Assembly (NCBI GenBank): GCA_045616665.1
Contig: JAZLHE010000057.1
Location: forward strand, 1,898 to 65,897
Length of the DNA stretch: 64,000 nucleotides
Source of the DNA: Bacteroidales bacterium
GTDB lineage: Bacteria; Bacteroidota; Bacteroidia; Bacteroidales; WCHB1-69
Direction: 5' to 3'
Shown here: positions 44,333-54,906 of the stretch, piece after piece
How positions within the stretch are numbered: the stretch's first letter is position 1
How the letters are laid out: each line of letters opens with the position of its first letter
Notes under the pieces: generated by a model
Told to the model about the DNA's origin: nothing
What the model saw: the letters and a program-made list of their open reading frames with translations, nothing else
Databases searched by the model: none
Translations under genes and position numbers: made by a program

Positions 44333-44757
44333 TATCTTCTACGATGAACGTCCGAAGAATCCCACGATTGAAATAAAAGAATGTCGTGGATTCTTTGGAT
44401 GATCATAATAAAGAGCTTTAAGTCGTTTTCGGCGAACCAGCGTATGGCTTCGTCGTCTTTTTGACAGGCAAGTGCGAATTTCAAGAGAAAGTCGCACTTG
44501 TATTTTTTTAACCAGGCAATGGCATTTTCTTCCCCATCAATGGCATTGCTTAAGACGCCAAATTCTGGATAATTGCTTTGTTTTAACAGCCAATCCAAAG
44601 CGTCGGTGTCGGAATTGATGGCATTAGCCAAGGCTGCCAATTCGGCAAAATTGTTGGCAATCAGAAAATCCAAAAACTTTTTGTCTCCTTTCAATCCTTC
44701 TAAAAAGGCAAGGAGAAGTTTGGTGTCGTAGTCGGTGAGGCAATGCAATTCGGCCAC
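44329..44757 (-). CDS. Hypothetical small helical-repeat protein, coupled to glnS
   Basis: 142 aa. A motif recurs three times (DALDWLLKQ / NAIAWLKKY / EAIRWFAEN) at roughly 27-32 aa spacing. The start lies 3 nt after the glnS stop. I recognised no family. Confidence 0.45.
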   Translation of the reverse strand: MAELHCLTDYDTKLLLAFLEGLKGDKKFLDFLIANNFAELAALANAINSDTDALDWLLKQSNYPEFGVLSNAIDGEENAIAWLKKYKCDFLLKFALACQKDDEAIRWFAENDLKLFIMIIQRIHDILLFQSWDSSDVHRRRY

Positions 44758-44760
44758 AGT

Positions 44761-46386
44761 TTATTGCTTTAAGCTGACGGTCTTGTTGAAAACCAAGTGC
44801 CCGTCTGTAGAATCTTTGTCGATGCAGAAATAACCGGTTCTTTCAAATTGATAGTAATCGGCTTTGTTTTGCAAATTCAAACCTTCTTCTACATATCCAT
44901 TGATGATATGCAAAGAATCGGGATTAAGGTTGTCTATGAACGTTTTCCCTTCCTCGCACACATCTGGTGCCGGAACGTTGAAAAGGCGCTCAAACAGGCG
45001 AATTTCGGTCTTTTGGGCGTGATTCACGTCAACCCAGTGAATGGTGGCTTTTACTTTGCGGTTGCTGAGTGGCATTCCGCTTTTGGTTTCAGGGTCGTAA
45101 GTGACGTGGATGGCGGTAATGTTACCTTCCGAATCTTTGTCAATATGCGTACATTTGACGATATAGCCATATTTCAAACGGACTTCTCCGCCAATGGTCA
45201 AACGGTAGAATTTCTTATCCGCATTTTCTCTGAAATCGGCACGTTCAATCCACAATTCTTTGCCAAATGGAATCTTACGGGTGCCTGCATTGGGATTTTC
45301 AGGATTATTGACTGCGTCTAATTCTTCCGTTTGTCCTTCCGGATAATTATCAATAATCAACTTTACCGGATCCAGCACGGCCATTGTACGGGTAGCGACT
45401 TTGTTCAGATCTTCGCGGGCGCAAAATTCCAATAGGGAAACATCAATGATGTTGTCTCTTTTGGCCACGCCTACGGTTTCTGCAAAATTGCGGATGGATT
45501 GTGGCGTATAACCGCGACGGCGCAATCCGCAAATCGTCGGCATTCGCGGATCATCCCAGCCCATAACGTGCTTTTCCTGTACCAGCTGCATCAGTTTACG
45601 CTTGCTCATAATGGTATAACTGATGTTCAAGCGTGCAAATTCGATCTGGCGAGGATGGTGAATTTGCAAAGCTTCACAGAACCAGTCATATAGCGGACGA
45701 TGGATTTCAAACTCTAAAGTGCAGATAGAGTGGGTGATACCTTCAATGGAATCACTTTGTCCGTGTGCGAAGTCGTACATAGGATAGATGCACCATTTAT
45801 CGCCCGTGCGGTGATGATGAGCGTGAAGAATACGGTACATAATAGGATCACGCATGTGCATATTGGGTGAATCCATATCTATCTTGGCACGCAAAACCTT
45901 GCTTCCGTCAGGAAATTCACCGGCACGCATACGGCGGAAAAGTTCAAGATTTTCTTCTACGCTACGATCTCTGTAAGGACTCTTAATACCTGGTTTGGTG
46001 GGCACTCCACGCATTTCGCTGATTTCTTCCTGCGTGCAATCATCCACGTAAGCCAGTCCTTTTTCAATCAGCTGCTCAGCCCATTTGTATAATTGTTCGA
46101 AATAATCGGAGGCATAATGTTCTTCGGTCCACTGATATCCCAACCATTTGATGTCTTCTCGGATGGAGTCAACATATTCAACGTCCTCTTTCACAGGATT
46201 GGTATCATCAAATCGAAGATTGGTGAGACCGCCGTATTTTTGTGCCATTCCAAAGTCAATGCAGATGGCTTTGGCGTGGCCTATATGTAAATAACCGTTG
46301 GGTTCTGGGGGAAATCGAGTATGAACTTTTGCGTCATTCTTGTTGTTCCGTAGGTCTTCCTCGATAATTTCTTCAATAAAATTCAT
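44761..46386 (-). CDS. glnS: Glutamine--tRNA ligase
   Basis: Motifs seen: [16 protein letters not shown] (HIGH) and IMSKRKL (KMSKS-like). The C-terminal anticodon-binding beta-barrels are present. Confidence 0.92.
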   Translation of the reverse strand: MNFIEEIIEEDLRNNKNDAKVHTRFPPEPNGYLHIGHAKAICIDFGMAQKYGGLTNLRFDDTNPVKEDVEYVDSIREDIKWLGYQWTEEHYASDYFEQLYKWAEQLIEKGLAYVDDCTQEEISEMRGVPTKPGIKSPYRDRSVEENLELFRRMRAGEFPDGSKVLRAKIDMDSPNMHMRDPIMYRILHAHHHRTGDKWCIYPMYDFAHGQSDSIEGITHSICTLEFEIHRPLYDWFCEALQIHHPRQIEFARLNISYTIMSKRKLMQLVQEKHVMGWDDPRMPTICGLRRRGYTPQSIRNFAETVGVAKRDNIIDVSLLEFCAREDLNKVATRTMAVLDPVKLIIDNYPEGQTEELDAVNNPENPNAGTRKIPFGKELWIERADFRENADKKFYRLTIGGEVRLKYGYIVKCTHIDKDSEGNITAIHVTYDPETKSGMPLSNRKVKATIHWVDVNHAQKTEIRLFERLFNVPAPDVCEEGKTFIDNLNPDSLHIINGYVEEGLNLQNKADYYQFERTGYFCIDKDSTDGHLVFNKTVSLKQ

Positions 46387-46443
46387 AGTGTCAGTAATTT
46401 ATAATTACGGCAAATACAAAATTTTGCCATTTTATTTCATTCG

Positions 46444-46451
46444 CAAAAATA
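46444..46451 (-). promoter_or_regulatory. -7 promoter box (TATTTTTG) for glnS
   Basis: It lies 58 nt upstream of ATG 46386. Confidence 0.4.
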
Positions 46452-46655
46452 ATATTTTTTCAGTTATGATGATGAAGTTGTTGTCATTTTTTTCAATTTA
46501 AATTTAACTTGTGTATCATCTTTCTGAAAAATGAAAATTTGTGTCGTGATTTTATCTCATTTTAGTATTTCTTCTTGATATTGGTGGAAAATGATACTGC
46601 TAATTCTGTACAACTATCGAAAAAAAACAAATAAAAATCGTGAACTCCACTTGTA

Positions 46656-46768
46656 TGTAACTGAGGCTCTCGACTACCTGCTATACCACAAGAAAGTCCA
46701 CGATAAACGATGGACATTTCTCTTTTCTTTCTGTATAGCATTTTGAAATTGTCGAGATTTCAGTTACA
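46656..46768. other. 113-nt extended imperfect hairpin (nested helices) in the uvrC-glnS spacer
   Basis: The helix TGTAACTGA..CTCGAC (46656-46674) pairs with GTCGAG..TCAGTTACA (46751-46768). Inside it, GCTATAC..AGAAAG (46680-46696) pairs with CTTTCTGTATAGC (46727-46739). A separate 10-bp perfect hairpin lies at about 46774-46800. Confidence 0.45.
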
Positions 46769-46959
46769 TCGAGAAAAGAAAATGTTTTATATTTTCTTTT
46801 ATGTTTTTCTGTCGCAAAAATAAGAAATTTTTCTTTGTTTGAGAATATCTTGAAGTTTTTTTCGAAAAAAATATTATTATGCGAAAAAAGTGTCATTTAT
46901 TTTGAATAAAGATCCTTTTTTTAATCTATAATAGATAAAAAAATAAGAGGTAGAAAATT

Positions 46960-48741
46960 TTAGTTTTGGGGATGGAAAAATTGAAAAACATTGTGGGCTT
47001 TGCCGGGTCCTATTACAGCCGCCAGATCGGCTTCGCTGGCTTCCTCAATTTTTTTGACACTTTTAAAATGGCTAAGCAGTTTTGTCTTGAGCACTTCTCC
47101 AATGCCTGGAATTTCATCTAAACGGGAAGCAATGCTCTTCTTGGATCTTCGCTGGCGGTGGTGTGTTATGCCAAAGCGGTGGGCTTCGTCGCGAACATAC
47201 TGCAGCAGTTTTTGGGCTTCCGATTTTTTATCAATATAAGTCGGCAATTCATCTCCGAGTTTGTATATATCCTCTAATCTTTCGGCGATGCCAATCATCA
47301 TCATTTTGTCTTCAATGTGAAGGGCCTTCAGTGCACGGTAGCCTGCGTTGAGTTGGCCTTTCCCGCCATCAACCATAAGCAGGTCCGGAAGTTCTTTGCC
47401 TTCTTCCAAAATGCGATGATAGCGACGATAAACCACTTCTTCCATTGAGCTGAAGTCGTCGGGACCAACTACGGTCTTGATGAGAAAATGCCGGTATTCG
47501 CTTTTGGCAGGTTTGCCGTTAAGAAAACAAACCATTGCCGCAACGGGTTCGTCGCCTTGGGTATTGGAATTGTCAAAACATTCAATGCGTCGTGGCAACC
47601 GATCCATATTGAGCGCTTGCTGCAAGGCTGCCAAAACCCGCTGGTGACGTCTTTCGGGATTGACCAGATCCTGGCGCTTTTTCTTTTCTAAGCGATAGTA
47701 TTTGGCGTTTTTTTGAGATAATTCCAGAAGCTTGTATTTGTCGCCACGTTGTGGAACGATAAAATGGATTCCCTCGGCCTCAATTTGGGGCATAAAGGGA
47801 ACAATGACTTCTGAGAACAATGAACCGAAACGTTCCTGAACGGCTATGATTCCCATTAAAAGCAAATCTTCCTCGCTTTTGTCCAATTTATTGCCGATTT
47901 CAAAGGTATATGACTGAACGATGGCACCGTTCATAATGCGGAGAAAATTGATATATGCGCTTTCTTCATCCGTGTCAATGGAAAAAACGTCCATTTCGCT
48001 GATGTCGGGATTGACAACGACAGATTTCCCGATGAAATTGTCTAATACGGCTATTTTTTGTTTGATAACTTGTGCCTTTTCGAACTTCCACGCTTCCGCA
48101 TATCGCATCATCTGTTCTTTGAGTTTCTGCTGAACCAGTTTGCTGTTTCCCTTGATGATTTCAATGATGGATTTAATCTCTTCCTGATATTCTTCTTTGC
48201 TGATGAACTGGGCACACGGAGCGGGGCATTTGCCAATCTGGTATTGGATGCACGGACGGCTGCTTTTGACCAGTCGGCGGCAAGTGCGCAAAGGAAACAG
48301 CTCCCGTATGGTTTCCAACAAGGTGCTTAAATAATGGGCAGAAGCGTAGGGCCCAAAAAGTTGCATCTGTTCTTTATCGGGATGTCTGGTGGAAAAAATG
48401 CGGGGAAAATCTTCTCTTGAGATGGCTAACCAAGGGTAGGTTTTGTCATCTTTTAACAGAATGTTGTAACGGGGCTTGTATTTTTTAATCATACTGTTTT
48501 CCAACAGTAGCGCTTCCCATTCTGTATTGACAACCGTGGTTTGGATATCTCTGATTTTGGAAACCAAAATCCTTACTTTTTTGTTGTCGTGCTGCTTGTT
48601 GAAATAGGAAGAAACACGACGTTTGAGTTTTTTTGCCTTGCCAACATAGATAATAGTGCCTTCGTCATCATAAAAACGATACACTCCCGGCTTTTCCGGC
48701 AGGCTTCGCAGAATCAGAGATATCTTTTCACAATGGTCCAT
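46960..48741 (-). CDS. uvrC: Excinuclease ABC subunit C
   Basis: GIY-YIG domain GVYRFYDDEGTIIYVGKAK. The UvrBC domain, endonuclease V-like region and C-terminal (HhH)2 (IPGIGEVLKTKLLSHF) are present. Confidence 0.92.
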   Translation of the reverse strand: MDHCEKISLILRSLPEKPGVYRFYDDEGTIIYVGKAKKLKRRVSSYFNKQHDNKKVRILVSKIRDIQTTVVNTEWEALLLENSMIKKYKPRYNILLKDDKTYPWLAISREDFPRIFSTRHPDKEQMQLFGPYASAHYLSTLLETIRELFPLRTCRRLVKSSRPCIQYQIGKCPAPCAQFISKEEYQEEIKSIIEIIKGNSKLVQQKLKEQMMRYAEAWKFEKAQVIKQKIAVLDNFIGKSVVVNPDISEMDVFSIDTDEESAYINFLRIMNGAIVQSYTFEIGNKLDKSEEDLLLMGIIAVQERFGSLFSEVIVPFMPQIEAEGIHFIVPQRGDKYKLLELSQKNAKYYRLEKKKRQDLVNPERRHQRVLAALQQALNMDRLPRRIECFDNSNTQGDEPVAAMVCFLNGKPAKSEYRHFLIKTVVGPDDFSSMEEVVYRRYHRILEEGKELPDLLMVDGGKGQLNAGYRALKALHIEDKMMMIGIAERLEDIYKLGDELPTYIDKKSEAQKLLQYVRDEAHRFGITHHRQRRSKKSIASRLDEIPGIGEVLKTKLLSHFKSVKKIEEASEADLAAVIGPGKAHNVFQFFHPQN

Positions 48742-48764
48742 TTTTGACGATATTATCGCCTAAA

Positions 48765-50033
48765 TTATGCGTTTAATTCGTGAATAACCAAACCTGATCT
48801 CAATTTCGGTTCAAACCAAGTGGTTTTTGGAGGCATAATGTTGCCGCTGTCGGCAATGTCGATAATCTGTTGCATTGAAACAGGATACAAAGCAAAAGCC
48901 ACTTTCATTTCGCCATTGTCAACACGACGTTTCAGTTCGCCTAACCCGCGAATACCGCCAACGAAGTCAATACGTTTGTCGGTACGAAGGTCTTTAATGC
49001 CCAAAATTTTATCCAAAACGTGGTCACTTAAAATCTTCACATCCAAGACGCCAATAGGATCATTGTCGTCGTAAGTGCCGGCTTTGGCTGTCATTTTGTA
49101 CCATTTGCCATCCAGGTACATGCTGAATTCGTGTAATTTGCTTGGTTTGTAAATGTCAGCACCCATTTCCTGAACGTCGTATGCCACGGTCAGTGCTTTC
49201 AGGAATTCGTCTTTGCTCAGACCGTTGAGGTCTTTTACAACGCGGTTGTAGTCAATAACTTTCAACTGGTTATCTGGGAAGATAACGGTCATAAAATAGT
49301 TGTATTCTTCTTTACCGGTATGATGGGTGTTGTGTTCTTTCTTTTCCTGTCCTACCAATGCGGCGGCAGCACTGCGGTGGTGACCGTCAGCAATGTACAT
49401 GGCAGGAACCTTGGTGGCGAAGAGTTCAACGAGGCGGGCAATGGTGGCCTTGTCGTCAATTACCCAAAAACGATGACCGAAACCGTCTTCCTTGGCGATG
49501 AAGTCGTAAATAGGAGCCGTGCTCGTAATCTTGCTAACGATAGCATCGATTTCTGCTACTGCCGGATAGGCAAAGAAAACGGGTTCAACGTTGGCATTCG
49601 TGATGCGAACGTGTTTCATACGGTCTTCTTCTTTGTCTTTACGAGTCAATTCGTGTTTCTTGATAATTTTGTTGATATAGTCTTCGCTGTATGCGCAAGC
49701 AACGATACCATACTGCCAGTGAGCATTGGCTTCTGTAGGGTTCATGCTTTGTGCGTAAATGTATAATTTTTCTTCTTCATCACGAACCAACCAACCGAAA
49801 TCTTTGAAATTGTTGAAATTCTTGACTACTTGAAGATATACTTCAGGAGAATGTTCGTCGGTGCCTGCGGGAAGGTCGATTTCGGCCTTGGTAACGTGCA
49901 GTAAACTGTAGGGGTTGCCTTCAGCTTCTTTGCGAGCTTCTTCTGAATTTAAAACGTCGTATGGACGAGATGCTAATTTTTCTACGATTTCTTTTGGAGG
50001 ACGTAATCCTTTGAAAGCTTTGATAACTGACAT
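48765..50033 (-). CDS. DUF1015 domain-containing protein
   Basis: 422 aa. The N-terminus VIKAFKGLRPPKEIVEKLASRPYDVLNSEEAR and the motif IADGHHR are typical of DUF1015. Confidence 0.75.
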   Translation of the reverse strand: MSVIKAFKGLRPPKEIVEKLASRPYDVLNSEEARKEAEGNPYSLLHVTKAEIDLPAGTDEHSPEVYLQVVKNFNNFKDFGWLVRDEEEKLYIYAQSMNPTEANAHWQYGIVACAYSEDYINKIIKKHELTRKDKEEDRMKHVRITNANVEPVFFAYPAVAEIDAIVSKITSTAPIYDFIAKEDGFGHRFWVIDDKATIARLVELFATKVPAMYIADGHHRSAAAALVGQEKKEHNTHHTGKEEYNYFMTVIFPDNQLKVIDYNRVVKDLNGLSKDEFLKALTVAYDVQEMGADIYKPSKLHEFSMYLDGKWYKMTAKAGTYDDNDPIGVLDVKILSDHVLDKILGIKDLRTDKRIDFVGGIRGLGELKRRVDNGEMKVAFALYPVSMQQIIDIADSGNIMPPKTTWFEPKLRSGLVIHELNA

Positions 50034-50128
50034 AATAATTATATTTTAAGTTGATAATTTTCGTTGGCAAATATACAAAAAATATCGGCTGGTTGTTGAA
50101 TTGTTTCCTCAAAATCTGTATGCCGAAA

Positions 50129-50770
50129 TTAAATGATGATTTGTTCTAATTTCACCTTTGGGACAAAATGCGTGCCGTCTTGGCGGTAATAGTTGTGATT
50201 GTCATCCTCGTCAATTTCTGTCAATTGAATTTTTTCCTTGCCTTTCCCAATGGCAATAATGAGCAGGGGCTCGTAGGGAAGATCCAATTCCTTTTTGATG
50301 TTTTCTTTATTGAAGGCGGCAATGATAATGCCGTTTAATCCCATCTCAGTAGCCTTTAGCAACATACTTTGTGCCGAAATGCCTGAATCAATATCAACAA
50401 TCTTGTTTTCGCCAACTTTGCTGCATACAATGATAAAGGCTTCTGGCTCGGTTCCTGCAAAGGGTAGGTGCAATTCGGGTAATGCTCCTCCCAATTTGAT
50501 GTTACTCAATACTTTGCCGCTGTTGTCGCCTTTGGTTACCATTTTGAATCGCAAAACTTGCTGGTTGCGTCCCGATGGAATTTTAGTGTTGACACTGATG
50601 ATTTTTTGTAATTCTTCTGTCGTGACTATACGATTTTGATCGTAACCGCGGTAACTTCTGTTTTTGGTCAACAAACTGTCCAAACTTTGTCCAACGTGCT
50701 TTACAACGACTTTTTTCTTTCCGGAACCGAATAATTCATCGTATCGGCTTTCTAAGTAGTTATCTGCCAT
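50129..50770 (-). CDS. Nitroreductase family protein
   Basis: The start MADNYLESRYDELF lies 20 nt behind the -7 box at 50790-50797. NRSYRGY and PSGRNQQ motifs are present. I trimmed the start from 51040 to 50770. Confidence 0.8.
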   Translation of the reverse strand: MADNYLESRYDELFGSGKKKVVVKHVGQSLDSLLTKNRSYRGYDQNRIVTTEELQKIISVNTKIPSGRNQQVLRFKMVTKGDNSGKVLSNIKLGGALPELHLPFAGTEPEAFIIVCSKVGENKIVDIDSGISAQSMLLKATEMGLNGIIIAAFNKENIKKELDLPYEPLLIIAIGKGKEKIQLTEIDEDDNHNYYRQDGTHFVPKVKLEQIII

Positions 50771-50886
50771 TTCCTTTTTTTTAGAACCGCAAATATACGT
50801 TATTTTACTTTTGAAAATATTCATTGCAAATATATTTTCAAAAAATAATATTAAATCGTATTTTTGCAGTGAAAATGTTTTTGCAG

Positions 50887-52491
50887 ATGAAAAAATTTTT
50901 TTTCTTGTCAATGTTGGCAGTCTTATTGCTTTCTCTGTTGAATGCCGAAGCGCAAGAAAATAGGCGAATAGTATCAGATAAGGCACCAGGTGAAAAAAAC
51001 TGTGTTCCGGCACCGGCACCTTTTGGCCCGGTTCCGACACCTGCCCAAGTAGAATGGCAGCGGATGGAGATGAATATGTTCTGCCATTTTGGCCCCAATA
51101 CTTTTACGGGTAAGGAATGGGGAGAGGGTACCGAGATTGAAGATGTTTTCAATCCTACGCAACTCAATTGTCATCAATGGGTTGACATTGCCAAAAATGC
51201 AGGTTTTAAAGGTGTCATCATTACGGCAAAGCATCATGACGGCTTTTGCCTTTGGCCTAATCCTGTCAGTAATCATACTGTTAAACAGTCTTCGTGGCGA
51301 AAAGGAAAGGGAGATGTATTGAAAGATTTGTCGGAGGCTTGCCGCCAGAAGGGGATGAAGTTCGGCATTTATATTTCTCCATGGGATAGAAATGCTCCTG
51401 CCTACGGAACGCCGGCATACAATAAGGTTTTCCTTGCAACGTTGAAGAATGCCTTGTCAAAATACGGACCGGTTTTTGAACAATGGTTTGATGGTGCTTG
51501 CGGTGAAGGTCCTAATGGACGCCGTCAGGAGTATGACTGGCCTGCTTTCAATGCGCAGGTCTATAAACTTCAGCCTGCCGCCATGATTTTTAGTGATGTG
51601 GGACCCGGTTGCCGTTGGGTCGGCAATGAACAGGGTAGGGCTGGGCAAACGTGTTGGTCACGCCTCGACACTGATGGCTTTGCACCGGGAGCTGATGCCC
51701 CTTCCCAGGATACGCTGACAACGGGTAATTACAATGGTAAATATTGGATTCCGGTTGAAACAGATGTCTCGATCCGTCCCGGTTGGTTTTACCGCAGCAC
51801 GGAGCATCCAAAGACTTTGCAGGAATTATTGTCAATCTATTATACCAGTGTAGGTCGCAACTCATTGCTGTTGCTTAATGTCCCTCCTGATGAACGAGGC
51901 CTTATTGCTGCTGAAGATTCCGCACGGCTTATGGAATTCCGTGCTGCCATTGACAAGATTTTTTCGCATAATCTTGCTGACAATGCTGAATATATCATTG
52001 CTTCTAATGTCAGAGGTACGGAGGCTCGCCAATATGGATATTGGAGAAGCGTACGTAACAGTTATCTTCCTGTTCATGATTATTACAGTGTGAATAATTT
52101 GCTGGATGCAGCATATTGTGATTGGTCAAAAGAAGTTGAATCACTTTATGTCATTGAATTAGATCCATACTATGCATATTGGGCCACCGATGACAGTGTA
52201 ACGACGGCTTGGGTGAAACTGATATTTGATACTGTTCAGACTTTCAATCGAGTGTTGTTGCAGGAATATATCCCCTTGGGACAGCGCGTCGAGAAATTTC
52301 ATATTGATTTTATGAATGAAAACGGTGATTGGGAAACCATAGCAGAGGAAACGACTATCGGGTACAAACGAATCGTACTGCTTCCGACCTGTACTGCTAA
52401 GCAGGTACGCGTTACTATCGATAATGCGCGGGCTTGTCCTGTCTTGAATCGTTTAGGCTTGTTTTATGATGACATATATCAAATAAAATGA
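50887..52491 (+). CDS. Alpha-L-fucosidase (GH29) with C-terminal F5/8 type C (discoidin) domain
   Basis: Signal peptide MKKFFFLSMLAVLLLSLLNAEAQ. GH29 motifs HFGPNTFTGKEWGEG and ITAKHHDGFCLWP are present. The -7 box lies at 50859-50866. Starts at 50875 or 50887 are both possible. Confidence 0.8.
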   Translation: MKKFFFLSMLAVLLLSLLNAEAQENRRIVSDKAPGEKNCVPAPAPFGPVPTPAQVEWQRMEMNMFCHFGPNTFTGKEWGEGTEIEDVFNPTQLNCHQWVDIAKNAGFKGVIITAKHHDGFCLWPNPVSNHTVKQSSWRKGKGDVLKDLSEACRQKGMKFGIYISPWDRNAPAYGTPAYNKVFLATLKNALSKYGPVFEQWFDGACGEGPNGRRQEYDWPAFNAQVYKLQPAAMIFSDVGPGCRWVGNEQGRAGQTCWSRLDTDGFAPGADAPSQDTLTTGNYNGKYWIPVETDVSIRPGWFYRSTEHPKTLQELLSIYYTSVGRNSLLLLNVPPDERGLIAAEDSARLMEFRAAIDKIFSHNLADNAEYIIASNVRGTEARQYGYWRSVRNSYLPVHDYYSVNNLLDAAYCDWSKEVESLYVIELDPYYAYWATDDSVTTAWVKLIFDTVQTFNRVLLQEYIPLGQRVEKFHIDFMNENGDWETIAEETTIGYKRIVLLPTCTAKQVRVTIDNARACPVLNRLGLFYDDIYQIK

Positions 52492-52524
52492 GTAAGTTTG
52501 CCGCCCGAAAAATCAATCTCATAC

Positions 52525-53445
52525 ATGACAAAATATCGTAGTTTCGTACTCCCGTTAGCTATTGTTTTAGGACTGCTGTTCCATCATTTGTGGGCAGCTG
52601 TCAACTTTTTGGTGCCGTATCTGATTTTTATGATTCTCTTGCTGAATTTTGTCGCGGTGGATGTGAAAAAAATGCGGTTTGGTTGGTTGGATTTTTGGTT
52701 GATGTTGTTCCAAATCGTGGTGAGTCTGGCGTGTTATCTGCTCTTGAAGTGTTTTCACGTTAATGATATTATTGCCGAAGGAGTTTTGGTCGGGGTTTTG
52801 TGCCCGGTGGCGTCTTCGGTAGTGGTCATCGCCTGTATGTTGGGCGCCAACCGCGAAACTGTGACTACCTATACCATTTGGGGCAATTTGATGGTGGCTG
52901 TTGTTGCTCCTATCTACTTTTCTTTTATAGGAATGCATCAGGATATGCCTTTTTTTGATTCTTTTTTCCTGATCTTGAAAAAGATAAGTCCCGTGATTGT
53001 TTTTCCTTTTTTCCTGGCTTTGCTTCTGCAGTTCTTTTTACCTAAAGTAAATGATTTTATAAGCAGGTATAAGGGACTCTCGTTTTATTTTTGGGCTTGC
53101 GCCTTGTTGCTGGTCTTGGGCCGTACGTTCGATTTTGTCTTTTTGCACGGGAAAGGAAATGAAAGAAGTATTGTTGTGCTGGGTGTCGTTTCAATCGTCT
53201 TTTGTGCTATCCAGTTTGCTTTTGGAAAATGGCTGGGCAGTAAATATGGAGATGCTATGGCCGGAGGACAGCTGCTGGGACAAAAAAATACGGCTTTCGG
53301 TATTTGGATGTCCAATATGTATCTGAATCCGTTGGCGTCAATTTTTATGGCTTTTTATTCAATCTGGCAGAATGTTTTTAACAGTTGGCAATTATGGCAA
53401 AAGGACCATACTCCAGCTGAAACCAAGACTAATTCAGCCGATTAA
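52525..53445 (+). CDS. Multi-pass membrane transporter (possibly bile acid:Na+ symporter/BASS-like)
   Basis: About 9-10 TM helices, with VGVLCPVASSVVVIACMLGAN resembling BASS-family segments. I trimmed the start to ATG 52525 because the track start is a TTG. The family call is weak. Confidence 0.45.
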   Translation: MTKYRSFVLPLAIVLGLLFHHLWAAVNFLVPYLIFMILLLNFVAVDVKKMRFGWLDFWLMLFQIVVSLACYLLLKCFHVNDIIAEGVLVGVLCPVASSVVVIACMLGANRETVTTYTIWGNLMVAVVAPIYFSFIGMHQDMPFFDSFFLILKKISPVIVFPFFLALLLQFFLPKVNDFISRYKGLSFYFWACALLLVLGRTFDFVFLHGKGNERSIVVLGVVSIVFCAIQFAFGKWLGSKYGDAMAGGQLLGQKNTAFGIWMSNMYLNPLASIFMAFYSIWQNVFNSWQLWQKDHTPAETKTNSAD

Positions 53446-54314
53446 CACAGAATTTCCAAATACTCTCTTTTAAACCAGGTAATCTGACGTTTGGCATAAC
53501 GTCGGGTATTGACTTTGATTTTCTCAACGGCTTCATCTAAATTTATTTGATGGTCAAGAAAAGCAAAAAGTTCTTTGTAACCAACAGTATTTAACGAATT
53601 TAGATGTTTGTAAGGATAAAGAGACCTGGCTTCGTCCAATAAGCCTTGTTCCATCATCTGATCCACTCTGCGGTTGATGCGGTCAAACAGAATTTCGCGT
53701 GGACGGTTCAGATAATATTTCTGAATGTCAAAATTGCGCTTTTTGGATGCTTGAGTGAGCCATTCAGAATAAGGTTTTCCTGTTTGCAGGGAAACTTCTA
53801 ATGCCCGCATCATTCGCTTGTGGTTGGCAAGGTCGTTCTTCTCGCAAAAAGCAGGATCCAATCGCCGTAATCGCATTCGTAATGCTTCAATTCCTTCTTT
53901 TTCGTATAACTCAATCACTTGTTGACGAATGTCTAAATCCGGGTCAGGGAGATCGTCAATGCCTTTGCAGACAGCATCAAGATATAAACCGCTGCCGCCG
54001 GTCATAATCACGATGTTGTTTTGTGAAAAAAGGGTTGGAAGTAGCTTTAAAACATCTTGCTCAAACTTGGAAACACTGTAGTAATCGTTAATGGATAGGT
54101 GCCCGACAAAATAATGCGGTGCTGCTGCCAATTCTTCTTCCGTGGGAAAAGAAGTGCCGATTCGCATCTCTTTGTAAAATTGACGTGAATCGGCAGATAT
54201 AATGCTTGTTTTGTATTCTTTTGCTATTTCAATGGCATAACTCGTTTTTCCTACGGCAGTAGGTCCACCAATGACTATGAGCGTTGGCTTGTTAATAGCT
54301 TCCAAATTCATCAA
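53442..54314 (-). CDS. miaA: tRNA dimethylallyltransferase
   Basis: P-loop GGPTAVGKTS, followed by a typical MiaA core (ISADSRQFYKEMRIGT and YAKRQITWFK). Confidence 0.92.
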   Translation of the reverse strand: MMNLEAINKPTLIVIGGPTAVGKTSYAIEIAKEYKTSIISADSRQFYKEMRIGTSFPTEEELAAAPHYFVGHLSINDYYSVSKFEQDVLKLLPTLFSQNNIVIMTGGSGLYLDAVCKGIDDLPDPDLDIRQQVIELYEKEGIEALRMRLRRLDPAFCEKNDLANHKRMMRALEVSLQTGKPYSEWLTQASKKRNFDIQKYYLNRPREILFDRINRRVDQMMEQGLLDEARSLYPYKHLNSLNTVGYKELFAFLDHQINLDEAVEKIKVNTRRYAKRQITWFKREYLEILC

Positions 54315-54888
54315 TGCTTCCTAAATCAAGTTGGTCTTCTTCGTTAAAACCGTCTTCAAATTCATCAAATAAATCATCATTGTTGAGGTCTTCCAAAAGT
54401 TCATCAGGATCAGGAAGATGACCGTTCTTTATGGATTTTGGCAGCTCTTGCTCTTTATGCGTACAACGCGGATAAACCGTGTCGTCATCTGCCTTGGCCA
54501 CTTTCATCAATTCGATATAGAAAACTTTCGGGTTCAGAAAATCATACTCATAAAGAATATGTTGGTGAGGATCTGAAATCATTTTGTTCAGTATGCTATC
54601 CTTCATGATGAATTTCGGAAGATGCGTTTTGGTAGCGTAGCCGTCTTCTTCATCATATTCCGGAGTATCTGCAACTTCATCATCCTTCATATCAATCAAG
54701 GTGATTTCATTTTGCTTGTTCCATTTGGAATCACAAAGTGAGAAGGATGCTAATTCATTGCCTTCCAATCCAATAGACTGATACAGAATTTGATGGAGCG
54801 ATTCAAAATTGTCGTTGGATAAAATTTCAATATCACGAACGAAATCCTCAACCTCGTCAAAATAAACTCTGAACTTATAATAAAACAT
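54292..54888 (-). CDS. Conserved hypothetical protein (possibly pRiA4b ORF-3-like/PF07929 fold) with acidic C-terminus
   Basis: 198 aa. The N-terminus YYKFRVYFDEVEDFVRDIEILSNDNFESLHQILYQSIG resembles the plasmid pRiA4b ORF-3 family pattern. It overlaps the miaA start by 23 nt. Confidence 0.4.
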   Translation of the reverse strand: MFYYKFRVYFDEVEDFVRDIEILSNDNFESLHQILYQSIGLEGNELASFSLCDSKWNKQNEITLIDMKDDEVADTPEYDEEDGYATKTHLPKFIMKDSILNKMISDPHQHILYEYDFLNPKVFYIELMKVAKADDDTVYPRCTHKEQELPKSIKNGHLPDPDELLEDLNNDDLFDEFEDGFNEEDQLDLGSIDEFGSY

Positions 54889-54906
54889 GACGAATTTTTT
54901 TTAGGG

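Noticed and set aside
46681-46896. 71-aa minus-strand ORF in the uvrC-glnS spacer
   Set aside because: It is AT-rich low-complexity sequence (F/K/I-rich), overlaps the long hairpin, and has no promoter box in front.
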